Source of the DNA: Candidatus Bathyarchaeota archaeon
GTDB lineage: Archaea > Thermoproteota > Bathyarchaeia > Bathyarchaeales > Bathycorpusculaceae
NCBI GenBank assembly: GCA_963780185.1
Contig: CAWABA010000006.1
Location: forward strand, 32,001-96,000
Length of the DNA stretch: 64,000 bases
Direction: 5' to 3'
A program made the position numbers and the translations under genes. Shown here piece after piece: positions 20,601 through 30,295 of the stretch. The notes beneath the pieces were generated by a model. The model did no database searches. It was given only the letters and a program-made list of their open reading frames with translations, and was not told the origin of the DNA. The number at the start of each line of letters is the position of its first letter. Within the stretch, counting starts at the first letter, position 1.

Positions 20601-22986
20601 CTTCACAGTAAATCCTGCCCCAACAGTAAGTATCACGCCTGCCACCGTCAACATTGACGCCGGTCAACCGCAAACATTCACTGCAACCATTACAGGCGGC
20701 GATGCACCCTTCTCTTACCTTTGGTTCTTGAACGGGCACTCTGTTCCCATCGCCACAGGTGCGACATGGACTTTCACTCCGAACACCTCTGGATCCGACA
20801 GTGTATATGTCCAAGTAACCGATGCTGCCGCCGTCACATTCGACTCTAACGTTGCCACCGTTAACGCCGCTGCTGTTGGCGATTGGACTATGTTCCACAG
20901 TGACACTGGACACAGTGGTTCTTCAAGCTCAACCGGACCTACCACCAGCAATCTTCTCTGGAGTTACCCAACTGGCGGTGCTGTGTATTCTTCTCCTGCC
21001 ATTGTTAACGGAGTTGTCTATGTGGGTTCAGACGACGGGAACGTGTATGCTTTGAACGCTTATACAGGCAATCAACTTTGGGAGTTCTTTGCGTTTGGCG
21101 CGGTGGATTCCTCTCCAACTGTTGTTGACGGAGTAGTCTACGTGGGTTCAGGCGACGGCAACGTCTATGCTTTGAACAGTGCAACTGGCAGCCTGATTTG
21201 GCATTCCCCAATAGGCTCACCAATCGATTCTTCGCCTACAGTGGCCAACGGCTTGGTCTATGTGGCTTCAGAGAATTGCTATGTGTACGCTTTGAACGCT
21301 GCAAACGGTGCCCAAATATGGAGCTACCAAACATGGGGCTCGGTATCCTCTTCTCCTGCTGTTGCCAACGGCGTAGTCTACATAGGCTCAGATGATGGTA
21401 ACGTGTATGCGCTGGACGCTACAACTGGTGCGCTGGATTGGTCTTTTTCAACATACGCGGTATCTGGTGGTCCGGTGGTTTCGTCTCCTGTTGTTGTTAA
21501 CGGTGTGGTGTATGTTGGGTCGGAAGACGGTTACGTCTACGCGTTAGATGCTTTGACAGGCAACCTAAACTGGAGCTTTTCAACATATTCACTAAGTGGA
21601 AGTGGGGGTCAGGTGACTTCGTCTCCTGCTGTTGCTAACGGCGTGGTTTATTTTGGCTGTAATGATAACAACGTTTATGCTCTGGACGCGACGACAGGTC
21701 TCCCGATATGGAAATGCACTACCAACGGCGCAGTGGAGTCTTCTCCTGCTGTTGCCAACGGCGTAGTCTACGTAGGCTCAGACGATGGCAACGTGTATGC
21801 TTTCAATGCTGCAAACGGTGTATTAATTTGGAGTAATTGGTTTGACTCAGCTGCTGTGCGTTCCTCACCGGCAATATCTAATGGTGCACTATACGTTGGG
21901 TCAGACGACGGAAATGTTTACGCTTTTGGCCAGTTTCTCATCCTCTCAACTCCTGCAATAAACGGTCTACAAGTTGACTTCAACGCTGCTGTAAGCTCAG
22001 ATTTCGGTTATGTTCAGTGGAGCTTTGGCGACGGCTCCGGAGCCAGCGTAGGCTCTTCGTACAGTCATACCTATGGCTCCGATGGAAGCTACACCGTGAC
22101 GGCTACCGCCTTCTATACTGACGGGTCATCTTTGTCAGCCTCTATGGTGGTGAATGTTTGGGCGGGCGAATTATCAGGCGGCAAACAACTCACCTTAAAC
22201 GCTGGCAGCGGCGGCTCAGTATCCTACAGCTCAAACGTAGGCTCAGGCACAATCCCCGCAGGCGGATCCACAACGCTCTACCTAGCAGCCGGCGACTCCG
22301 TATCGCTGACAGAAACCCCCAGTTCCGGTCACACCTTCACCTCTTGGACAACTTCAGGCGCCAGCAACCCAACACCAACCTCACAAAGCATCAGCCTCAC
22401 AATAAACCAAGATGCAACTGCTACTGCAACATTTGCGGCTGCCCCAACTGCTCACTCTGTTATGCCCGTAACTGGCGGCTCTGCAACGGTAGATCAATCA
22501 ACGACGACAGGTACCAGCGTGACTGTCTCTGGGCCTTCTTTGTCAGATGGCACAAAATTGGACGTTACCTCTGTCTACTACGGTAGTCAACAGCCGTCGG
22601 GAACAGGCGCAATATCGGTTAGCGGTGCAGTCTTCTATGATGTCAATGTAGTGAGAGATGACGGTGCTGCCTTAGGCTCAGACGTTTATGTGACTGTGAG
22701 CTTTACCGGCGCAGGCTTCTCAAGTTCAAGCGTTATCATGTACTGGAGTAGCGGCAGTTGGGTCCCAGTTGCCACAACATTCACTGCCCCCGACACCGTC
22801 ACAGGCACAATTCCCGCATCAGCCCTAGGCGGAACACCCTGTCTAGTTGGAAATCTAAATGTGTTTTCTGCGCCTGAGTACCCAATCGGTGCCTTAGCTG
22901 CTGTAGCTGCTTGCTTTGTAGCTTTCGCAGCGACCCTTAAACTCAAAAAATCTCCACCCCACACAAACAACAAACGCGTCGCTTAA
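17694..22986 (+). CDS. Large modular surface protein (~1750 aa): Ig-like and lectin-like repeats, PQQ-type beta-propeller, PKD domain, PEF-CTERM-like anchor; frameshift near 19685
   Basis: N-terminal signal peptide. Repeats of SSPAVANGVVYVGSDDGNVYAL, a PKD segment WSFGDGS...SHTY...YTVT, and a C-terminal APEYP + TM + KLKK. ORFs 17694-19787 and 19576-22986 join in the second lectin-like repeat. Confidence 0.85.
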
Positions 22987-23181
22987 ACTCCATTTTCCCC
23001 TTTTCCCAGCGCATCTTTTTTCAACCTTTTTTGGTATTCTTAACCGTAATAGCCAAGCGAGTTAGGACGGCGCTCTTAATGCCCGTTCTTCTAGTCAATA
23101 AAAATAGTTTTTTTCTATGGTTTACGATTCGGTTTCCGTAACATTAAATTTTTACTATAGCTATTACTAGACTGGTGATTT

Positions 23182-23622
23182 TTGTTGCCAGAAATGAATT
23201 TTGAAGGAACTGCTAGTTGGAAAGGCGGAACCGAATGTTCGCTTTCAGTGAAAGGCAAAGAACTCGTTGTTGTCAGTCCACCCCCGATGTTCGGAGGAAA
23301 AGAAGGGTACTGCGTGCCAGAAGACATCTTCGCAGCGGCTTTAGCATCATGCATCAACACGCTGTTTATGCTGATTGCCAAAAACAGCCAACTGGGAATG
23401 AAGAGTTTGGATACCAAAGCTACAGTTAAGATGAACATTGAAGGCATGGAGAAGCTCATCTTCACCGACGTGCACTTCCAGATGAACGTCGGCTTGCAAA
23501 CAGACAATGAACGCGAACGCAAAAAAGCCAACACGGTCTACGGGATGGCGCAGAAGATTTGCCCGATAAGGCAGTCCTGGGGCGAAGCGGTTCCAATAAG
23601 CTTCGAACTTAACTTCAAATAA
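23182..23622 (+). CDS. OsmC/Ohr-family protein
   Basis: PPMFGG, PEDIFAAALASC and AQKICPI. Confidence 0.88.
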   Translation: MLPEMNFEGTASWKGGTECSLSVKGKELVVVSPPPMFGGKEGYCVPEDIFAAALASCINTLFMLIAKNSQLGMKSLDTKATVKMNIEGMEKLIFTDVHFQMNVGLQTDNERERKKANTVYGMAQKICPIRQSWGEAVPISFELNFK

Positions 23623-23724
23623 AAACCTACGTCAGAAGAACCAAATTTTCCTTCCCTCATCCCTTTTTTGTCGTTCTCCGTTTTTTATCCAAAAAATATT
23701 TGAAGTCAATAGGCCTATTACCAG

Positions 23725-24405
23725 TTGGTGTTCATGAGAAGAACGGCGTTAATCATCTTATTCGCCGTGGCACTTTCTGCAGCGTTAACCATAAGCGTCT
23801 TTTCCTTGCCCTATTTCCAAAACGCACAGACACATTCTGCCCCTCTAATGCAAACCCCACCTGCAAACACTACCCAGCTAACGCCTACCCCCACGCCTGC
23901 ACCGACCCCGACGCCCACTGCAACGCCTGCTTTGACTCCAACACCAACCACGACACCGACACCTACTCCGCCAACCGCTACGCAGGTTACCGCGGTCAAT
24001 GGCAGTTTCCAGCTTACAATGTCTATTCAAAAAACTGTTTTCAGCGTCGGCGAGCCAGTTAACGTGACACTTACGCTCACAAACATCAGCAACCAAAATG
24101 TTACCATATCGGTTGATATGTGGCTGCTGGATTTTGTCGTGAGCAACAGCACAAACAACTTAATTTACCAACATACAAATGACGGAGCCATGGCGCAGTG
24201 GGTAATGCTAAAAACGCTTCAACCGGGTGAAAACGTAACCGATAGTTACGCTTGGTCTCAGAGATACAGCGGCCCAAACCCGGGACCAGCAGTTTCACCT
24301 GGAACATACTACATCGCCGGCAAGAGCCCAGGCATCGGCGACCTCGACACAGGTTATCTGCTGCAGACAACTCCACTTGAAATCATGATAGTCAACAATG
24401 GGTAA
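23725..24405 (+). CDS. Membrane-anchored protein with Pro/Thr linker and Ig-like (BsuPI-like) domain
   Basis: N-terminal TM, (TP)n linker, then GEPVNVTLTLTN...LQPGE...W...PGTYYI. Confidence 0.7.
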   Translation: MVFMRRTALIILFAVALSAALTISVFSLPYFQNAQTHSAPLMQTPPANTTQLTPTPTPAPTPTPTATPALTPTPTTTPTPTPPTATQVTAVNGSFQLTMSIQKTVFSVGEPVNVTLTLTNISNQNVTISVDMWLLDFVVSNSTNNLIYQHTNDGAMAQWVMLKTLQPGENVTDSYAWSQRYSGPNPGPAVSPGTYYIAGKSPGIGDLDTGYLLQTTPLEIMIVNNG

Positions 24406-24496
24406 GTAAAAAACGGCTTTAAACCCGATTCCGCGGCGATTTAGAGGCGTTTTTTTGTGGGTAAGTTTGGAAAAGCCTAAATACTAGGAGCGCCAT

Positions 24497-24534
24497 GCTT
24501 ACTGTGTAAGCTTCATAATGCTTACGCGGTGAGG
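24497..24534 (+). promoter_or_regulatory. Tandem palindromic operator upstream of HTH regulator
   Basis: GCTTACTGTGTAAGC (24497-24511) and the imperfect copy GCTTACGCGGTGAGG (24520-24534), just before ATG 24540. Confidence 0.55.
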
Positions 24535-24539
24535 GAAAA

Positions 24540-25016
24540 ATGACACTTAGCCTCGGATACCTAACGCCTAAACAAAAAACCATCTGGGACCTAAAAAGCC
24601 GCGGACTCCAAGAAGCACATATCGCAAGAGAACTCAACGTAACCCGCCAAACCGTACACAAAGCCATAGACACCGCCAACCTCAAAATCGGCGAAGCACT
24701 GGAGGAAACCGCGAAAATAAACAAGATTGAAATCCAAAACCTGGACGCTGCCAAAGGGTTCCTGCTCGGCTACAGCAGTCACTTCAAAACTCAGGCGTTC
24801 ATAACTTTTTCCGCAAAAAACGGCGTCCAAGTCTGGTACAAACACGAAGGCAACTGCCAAAAATGCAGCCGAATAACCGAATGCCGAAATGCCCTGCTGT
24901 CGGAAGCAAAAGACCGCAACTTCCTTATCCTCGACGAGACAAACAAAATTTTGCCCTCGAAACTTGCAGACGCATTGTTTGCAAAAATAGTTGGCGATAA
25001 GAATGAGAATGCGTAG
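24540..25016 (+). CDS. HTH transcriptional regulator (sigma70-r4-like HTH) with C-terminal His/Cys cluster
   Basis: LTPKQKTIWDL...EAHIARELNVTRQTVHKAI and WYKHEGNCQKCSRITEC. Confidence 0.8.
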   Translation: MTLSLGYLTPKQKTIWDLKSRGLQEAHIARELNVTRQTVHKAIDTANLKIGEALEETAKINKIEIQNLDAAKGFLLGYSSHFKTQAFITFSAKNGVQVWYKHEGNCQKCSRITECRNALLSEAKDRNFLILDETNKILPSKLADALFAKIVGDKNENA

Positions 25017-25965
25017 GAGATTTGAAGATTTTAAGAATTGGTGCCCTCAGCCACCTGAGCGTTTACCAATTAAACTGAATAGCTATACCGTTCCAATTGC
25101 TGTTGCGCTTACTGCCGCTTTAGTTTTTGGTATGTTCTTCTCGTTGCCTTCTCAACAACTCGCAGCTAACCAGCCTTTGCCCAAATTATCCGACATAACG
25201 TCATCTACATACAACTCTTCCCAGACGTCCCCGTTGCCGACTTCTACGCCGACTGCAACTTCATCCTCTCAAAGCAATAATTCGTCGCAGGTTGGCTATT
25301 GGACTCTTAACATTACAACCACAAACGACGACCCCAATTCGGTGACGCCTAACGGAATAGTCCAAGTGCCTATGAATCAATCAGGCATAACTGTGACTGA
25401 CGATGGAAGTGTCGGTTTCGTTTTTTTGGCTTGGGTGTTTGACAATCAAACGTATACTTGTCAATCACCTACAATATTCATTCCGACGCAACAGGTGAAT
25501 AGTTCGCACACACTTGTGGCATTGTTTATGGGGTCTCCCGTGGCCCTACCCGTAATGTATTTTTTCACTATCTCTCCTCAAAACATCAATGTTTCGCAAG
25601 GTAACGCGCAACAAATAACTCTCACCTTTAAATCAGTAACTTCGTCAGAATTAGAAGTCCCCATAGAAAACCTCACAGTGGTCGGCTACACAAGCGACCT
25701 AAACTACAACTTCAACGGAAATTCGTCTGGATGGAGTACCTCAGCTCAAGACGCAGTTTTCACGTATTCTTTTAGCCTAAGCCAACTAATTCTGCAACCG
25801 TACGCATCTAACTCGACTGTTCTGACAATTAACTTGGCAGACGACGCTCCATCAGGGAGCTACTCAATAGAAATCATGTTGGGCAACGAAATCTTCCTAA
25901 CTGCATATAGTCCAGGTTCTATATGTTATGATTCGAATAATTCGATGGTAATGGATGTCACTTAA
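24991..25965 (+). CDS. Single-pass membrane protein with cytoplasmic WCP motif and extracellular Ser/Thr-rich, Ig-like region
   Basis: MRRRFEDFKNWCPQPP, TM VPIAVALTAALVFGMFFSL; overlaps the regulator stop. Confidence 0.7.
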   Translation: MAIRMRMRRRFEDFKNWCPQPPERLPIKLNSYTVPIAVALTAALVFGMFFSLPSQQLAANQPLPKLSDITSSTYNSSQTSPLPTSTPTATSSSQSNNSSQVGYWTLNITTTNDDPNSVTPNGIVQVPMNQSGITVTDDGSVGFVFLAWVFDNQTYTCQSPTIFIPTQQVNSSHTLVALFMGSPVALPVMYFFTISPQNINVSQGNAQQITLTFKSVTSSELEVPIENLTVVGYTSDLNYNFNGNSSGWSTSAQDAVFTYSFSLSQLILQPYASNSTVLTINLADDAPSGSYSIEIMLGNEIFLTAYSPGSICYDSNNSMVMDVT

Positions 25966-26005
25966 CCGCATCACCACTCGGATGCGCATTATCCTTAAAT
26001 ACTGA

Positions 26006-26818
26006 TTGCTTTTTACTGTTGCAACAACTGGGGCACAGTTAAGCATGTACACTTCGAACGCTGTTGAGCTAAGAGACGTAACAAAACGCTACAACGAAAT
26101 CGTGGCGGTAAACAACCTTACCCTGTCAATCGGGCAGGGCGAAATCTTCGGGTTGCTGGGACCCAACGGCTCAGGAAAATCCACGACTCTAAAGATGCTG
26201 CTGGGTTTGGTTGCACCTAATCAGGGAAGCGTCACCGTTTTAGGGTTAGATGTTACCAAGGACCCTGTGGGAGTTAAGGCTCTTACAGGCTACGTTCCTG
26301 AATCAGCCAACATCTACGAGTTCCTAACAGGCATAGAATATTTGGATTTTATCGCCGACGTCTACAGTGTGCCACCTGCAGAGAAGAAGCAGCGGATAAC
26401 CGAGTACCTCAAAGCTCTCCAACTGGAAGGTCGAGAAGGCGACATGATAAACAGTTACTCGGACGGCATGAAAAAGAAAATCAGCCTAATCTCAGCTTTC
26501 ATTCATAAACCCAAGTTGCTGCTGCTTGACGAGCCGCTGAACGCGTTGGATCCCCGTTCAGCAAGGATCGTTAAGGATTTTCTGCACGAACTCAAGGGGC
26601 AAGGCGTAACCACCATCATGACAACGCATGTGCTTGAAATAGCGGAGGCGATATGCGACCGCATCGGCATCATGTATCAGGGGCAGCTTCTGGCTCTTGG
26701 CAACATGGATGAGCTCAGGAAAACGGCAAGTATGCCGCATTCAGGTTTGGAGGATGTTTTCCTCAAGTTGACGGGTACGGAAGATTTGAGAGCTGTCGTT
26801 GAGGAACTAATGAAATGA
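26006..26818 (+). CDS. ABC transporter ATP-binding protein
   Basis: GPNGSGKST, YSDGMKKK, LLDEP and LEDVFLKLTG. Confidence 0.92.
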   Translation: MLFTVATTGAQLSMYTSNAVELRDVTKRYNEIVAVNNLTLSIGQGEIFGLLGPNGSGKSTTLKMLLGLVAPNQGSVTVLGLDVTKDPVGVKALTGYVPESANIYEFLTGIEYLDFIADVYSVPPAEKKQRITEYLKALQLEGREGDMINSYSDGMKKKISLISAFIHKPKLLLLDEPLNALDPRSARIVKDFLHELKGQGVTTIMTTHVLEIAEAICDRIGIMYQGQLLALGNMDELRKTASMPHSGLEDVFLKLTGTEDLRAVVEELMK

Positions 26819-28491
26819 ACTGGCGAAACGTTCTCTACCTGCTTCGTGTTGAACGAAAGTCAGGCAGGCTAATTCGGGGAATAAAAGCTACTCGGTACAG
26901 AGAAAACAAGATCATCGCCTACTGGCCCTACTGGGTGGCAGCGATAATAGGTATAATCGGCGGTTTTGGGGCAAACGTCATTGCTTCATCTGTCTATTCA
27001 ACAGGGGTTCCTAAGGGTTTACAGCCTTTAAGCGTTGAATCGCTTAGTTTCTTCTCGGTGCTGCCGACTCTTGTTTTAGGCATAAGCATCGTGTTTTCGC
27101 TGTTTCAGCAGATCCAGTTGGCAGGGAAGGCGTCGAGCCAAGTGATGTATTGGCTGCCGGTAACGTGGGAGGAACATACTTTGGCTTCAATCTTGGCTAG
27201 CTTGCTAGGATTGCCAGCGGCAATTGTCGCAGGGCTAAGCACGGGGCTACTTGTCTTTTCAGCATACAACGGGATAGTTCTGCAGGCTTTGTTGACAATT
27301 GTGGTTTTGTTTGCCTCAGCGTTTCTGGCTAGTTCGTTGACGGAAATCGTGAGGATTTTGCAGGTGCGTTCCACAGGAGCCGTCTACAAATCAAGTGGAA
27401 AAGCAGCCATCTGGGTAAGGTTCGTTAGTACGCTTCTGTACCTTGCCATATTTTACCTGATCTACTTTTATGTCATCAATCAAACTGGCACTTTTATCGC
27501 CGCGTTAACTGCCGTTCAAAACACTGCGTGGTACGTACCGTTTGTTTGGTTGCCGCTGATACTCTCCTACATAACCCGAGGCATGATTTTGCAGGGTCTC
27601 CTGTTCACAGCCCTATCAGCCGCCCTCATTGCAGGCTTGTATTACCTTGCTGTCGAGTTAAACAAGCGGTTCGGACTCTACGAGCCGCCGGCGATTACAC
27701 TGCAGAAAGGCGGAGTTTACTCGGTGAAAACTGGGCTTTTGGGGCGACTTGGATTTTCCAGCGTTGAGGCAGCGTTGATCCGAAAGGATTTAAGAGCCTT
27801 CACTCGACGCCAAGAACTGTTGTCCATTTACATTTTCCCAATAATCATAGTTATCGTTGGAATCTTCAATTCCTTAGGCATAAGTAACGGCGGCACATCA
27901 GCTTCAGCTAACCCGTTCTGGGTGGGATACATGTTTTTGGTGCCTGCCAGCACCATGGCTATTTGGCTAGGGCAAATTATGATCGGCGAGGAAGGACAAG
28001 TTATTTGGCGGATATCGTCCTCTCCAATTTCAGGCAAGAATCTTGTTAGAAGCAAGTATTTCTTCATTATTCTGTTTTCAGTGATTGTATTGGCCATTAC
28101 TTCGGCTATCGGTGTGGGATTCTATCATGCGACATTGCGAAAGACAATAGTTGCCATCGTTGAATCTTTCCTCATGGTTTTGCCTGTAGCTGCAGTGTCG
28201 CTGCAAATCGGCTTAAAGTACCCTGATTTTTCGTCAACCAGGCGGGCAAGGATGGTGCGTCAAGAATGGTCGCTGATCGGCTTCATCCTATGTGCAGTCG
28301 TTGCGGCAGGAGTAATTGCTCCTGTTCTTGTCCCCTACGGCATAGGCTTGTTCACGAACTCTTCAGTAAGCAATTTGACTTATGCCATCGGCGTCGCCAT
28401 AAGCGCAGCAATCTCGGCAGTCCTCACCGTTATCTTCTATCGAATCAACGTTGGCAGCGCAAAGGAGCTTCTCCGCAAAGGCGACAATTAA
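26815..28491 (+). CDS. Large multi-TM ABC-2 family permease
   Basis: Roughly a dozen hydrophobic segments with duplicated halves (LPVT..., RKDLRAFTR, SSPISG); coupled to the ATPase by ATGA overlap. Confidence 0.85.
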   Translation: MNWRNVLYLLRVERKSGRLIRGIKATRYRENKIIAYWPYWVAAIIGIIGGFGANVIASSVYSTGVPKGLQPLSVESLSFFSVLPTLVLGISIVFSLFQQIQLAGKASSQVMYWLPVTWEEHTLASILASLLGLPAAIVAGLSTGLLVFSAYNGIVLQALLTIVVLFASAFLASSLTEIVRILQVRSTGAVYKSSGKAAIWVRFVSTLLYLAIFYLIYFYVINQTGTFIAALTAVQNTAWYVPFVWLPLILSYITRGMILQGLLFTALSAALIAGLYYLAVELNKRFGLYEPPAITLQKGGVYSVKTGLLGRLGFSSVEAALIRKDLRAFTRRQELLSIYIFPIIIVIVGIFNSLGISNGGTSASANPFWVGYMFLVPASTMAIWLGQIMIGEEGQVIWRISSSPISGKNLVRSKYFFIILFSVIVLAITSAIGVGFYHATLRKTIVAIVESFLMVLPVAAVSLQIGLKYPDFSSTRRARMVRQEWSLIGFILCAVVAAGVIAPVLVPYGIGLFTNSSVSNLTYAIGVAISAAISAVLTVIFYRINVGSAKELLRKGDN

Positions 28492-28589
28492 AAGAAAACC
28501 ACCTGTGCGGCGGCATTCGGGTGTTGTAAGGCTTAATATTGGGCTATGCTTAAATGCTATCAACGAGCAAACGTTAACTTGTTTGGTGA

Positions 28590-28784
28590 GTGGGCGTGGG
28601 TAACGAAGGGAAAGGAACGATATTCAAGCGGAAAGACGACAGGTACCTGCTTTATCTACCTGTACGCGTGGTTGACGACAGCATGTTCCCGTTGAAATGC
28701 GAAACTTCGATGCCTGTCAAAGTAAGTTTCAGCCCAAGCGACGGCAAACTAATCGTGGAGAAATGGCAAGAGCAAAAAAGCTGA
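28590..28784 (+). CDS. Small AbrB/SpoVT-like protein
   Basis: RYLLYLPVRVVDDSMFPLK...VKVSF...KLIVEK. Confidence 0.55.
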   Translation: MGVGNEGKGTIFKRKDDRYLLYLPVRVVDDSMFPLKCETSMPVKVSFSPSDGKLIVEKWQEQKS

Positions 28785-28843
28785 AAGCCTGCTCCGCAAC
28801 TCTTTATTTATCTGTTTTGCCAATTCTTTTTTAGTGAGGTTTT

Positions 28844-29207
28844 ATGGCAGATTTAGCCGTTAGGAGTTCAGCGTTTGACTCTGGCAAGCCCATTCCGCGA
28901 AAATACACCTGCGACGGACAAGACATCAACCTGCCGTTGACCATTGAAGGCATCCCGAAGGAAGCAAAAACCCTGGTTTTAGTCATAGACGACCCTGACG
29001 CGCCAAGCGGCATATTCGACCACTGGATCGTCTGGGGACATCCCTGCGTCAACAAACAAAATTGCTGAGAACTCGGTGCCTGATATGGAGGGATTAAACG
29101 GTGCGAGACAGACGGGCTACATGGGTCCATGTCCGCCTTCAGGCACGCACAGGTACTTCTTCAAGGTTTACGCTTTAGACACCGAACTCGGCTTAGGCAT
29201 AGGCTAA
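28844..29207 (+). pseudogene. YbhB/YbcL (PEBP) family protein, frameshifted and C-terminally truncated
   Basis: IPRKYTCDGQDINLPL, DDPDAPSGIFDHW, YMGPCPPSGTHRYFFKVYALD, then an early stop at 29205-29207. Confidence 0.75.
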
Positions 29208-30219
29208 AGGCTACACCAATCTCTTGGTCATAGGCTCTCCTCGGTTGACGTTTAATAGGACGGCTTTGGATGAGTCCTGCAGCTACCTTGACAAGGCGGG
29301 AATGAACTTTATCGTTTTAATCACCAGCTACCCCATGTACAACGGCACCAACGGTTACCCTGGAAACGACACGGTTTTTGACTGGATGGGCAACGCTACG
29401 CTGCGGTATCCTCGTCATCTGTTGGGTTTTTACAGGTATGATGAGCCGGGCGGAAACCAATTGGATGACGCAAGGTTTCAGCTTATCCACAACGCCACTA
29501 GCTCCGCCGAAGCATCTGACGAGTACGTTTACAACTTGGGCGGCATCGTGCATTTTTACGCTTCCATCGGCGACAGAACTGCGGAGCCAACGGCTAGAAT
29601 CTTCACTTCGGACTATGGGCTTTACTGGTTTGATTACGCGTCAGGGTACAGCACGGTTTTCGGTGAGTTTGTGGGGAACCAAAGCAGACAAACCACAATT
29701 GCGTTGGAGAGAGGGGCAGCTCAATCCTTCAATCGCCAGTGGGGAATCATAATTACGTGGAAGTATGACCAGCAGCCCTACCTTGAATCCCCCGACGAAA
29801 TGTACAGTGACCTGTCGCTGGCTTACAGCGCCGGAGCCACCTACGAGGTAGTTTTCAGCTACCCCAACGCCACCGTTCCCGGCTCATACGGCACATTGAC
29901 CCCTGATGACCTTAAGACTCTGCAAACGTTCTGGACCGCAGTCCACACGGACCCTGACCAGTTCGGGTCAAACCCGGCTGAGGCAGCTTATGTTGTCCCT
30001 GCAAACTTCGGGTTCGCCTTCCGCAGCGCCACGGACACAATCTGGGGCTTATTCCCAGCCAGCAACGACTCCTTCACGGCGAAAATTTGGAGCGACACCC
30101 AACTCCTCCTATCAAGGTACAACGGAAAATTGAACATTATTTTCTACAACCAAACGTTGATCCAGCCAACTCTCAACCAATACGCCCAAATCTACTACTA
30201 CAACCAGACCGTCACGTGA
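29208..30219 (+). CDS. Extracellular hypothetical protein (TIM-barrel/glycosidase-like), N-terminus apparently missing
   Basis: Begins abruptly at YTNLLVIGS; contains GFYRYDEPGGNQLD, FTSDYGLYWFDY and WGIIITWKY; many sequons but no signal peptide. Confidence 0.6.
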
Positions 30220-30295
30220 TTTCCGCTGGTGTTCCAGTTTACGGGTAAAGCCTTTAAACGTAAACGTAACATTTAAGCAACCTGTCGATTGGTTC

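Noticed and set aside
20880-21930. Regular ~120-135-nt repeats that could look like a CRISPR array or DGR
   Set aside because: They are in-frame PQQ beta-propeller blades with synonymous variation; there are no identical repeats with unique spacers, and no cas or RT gene nearby.
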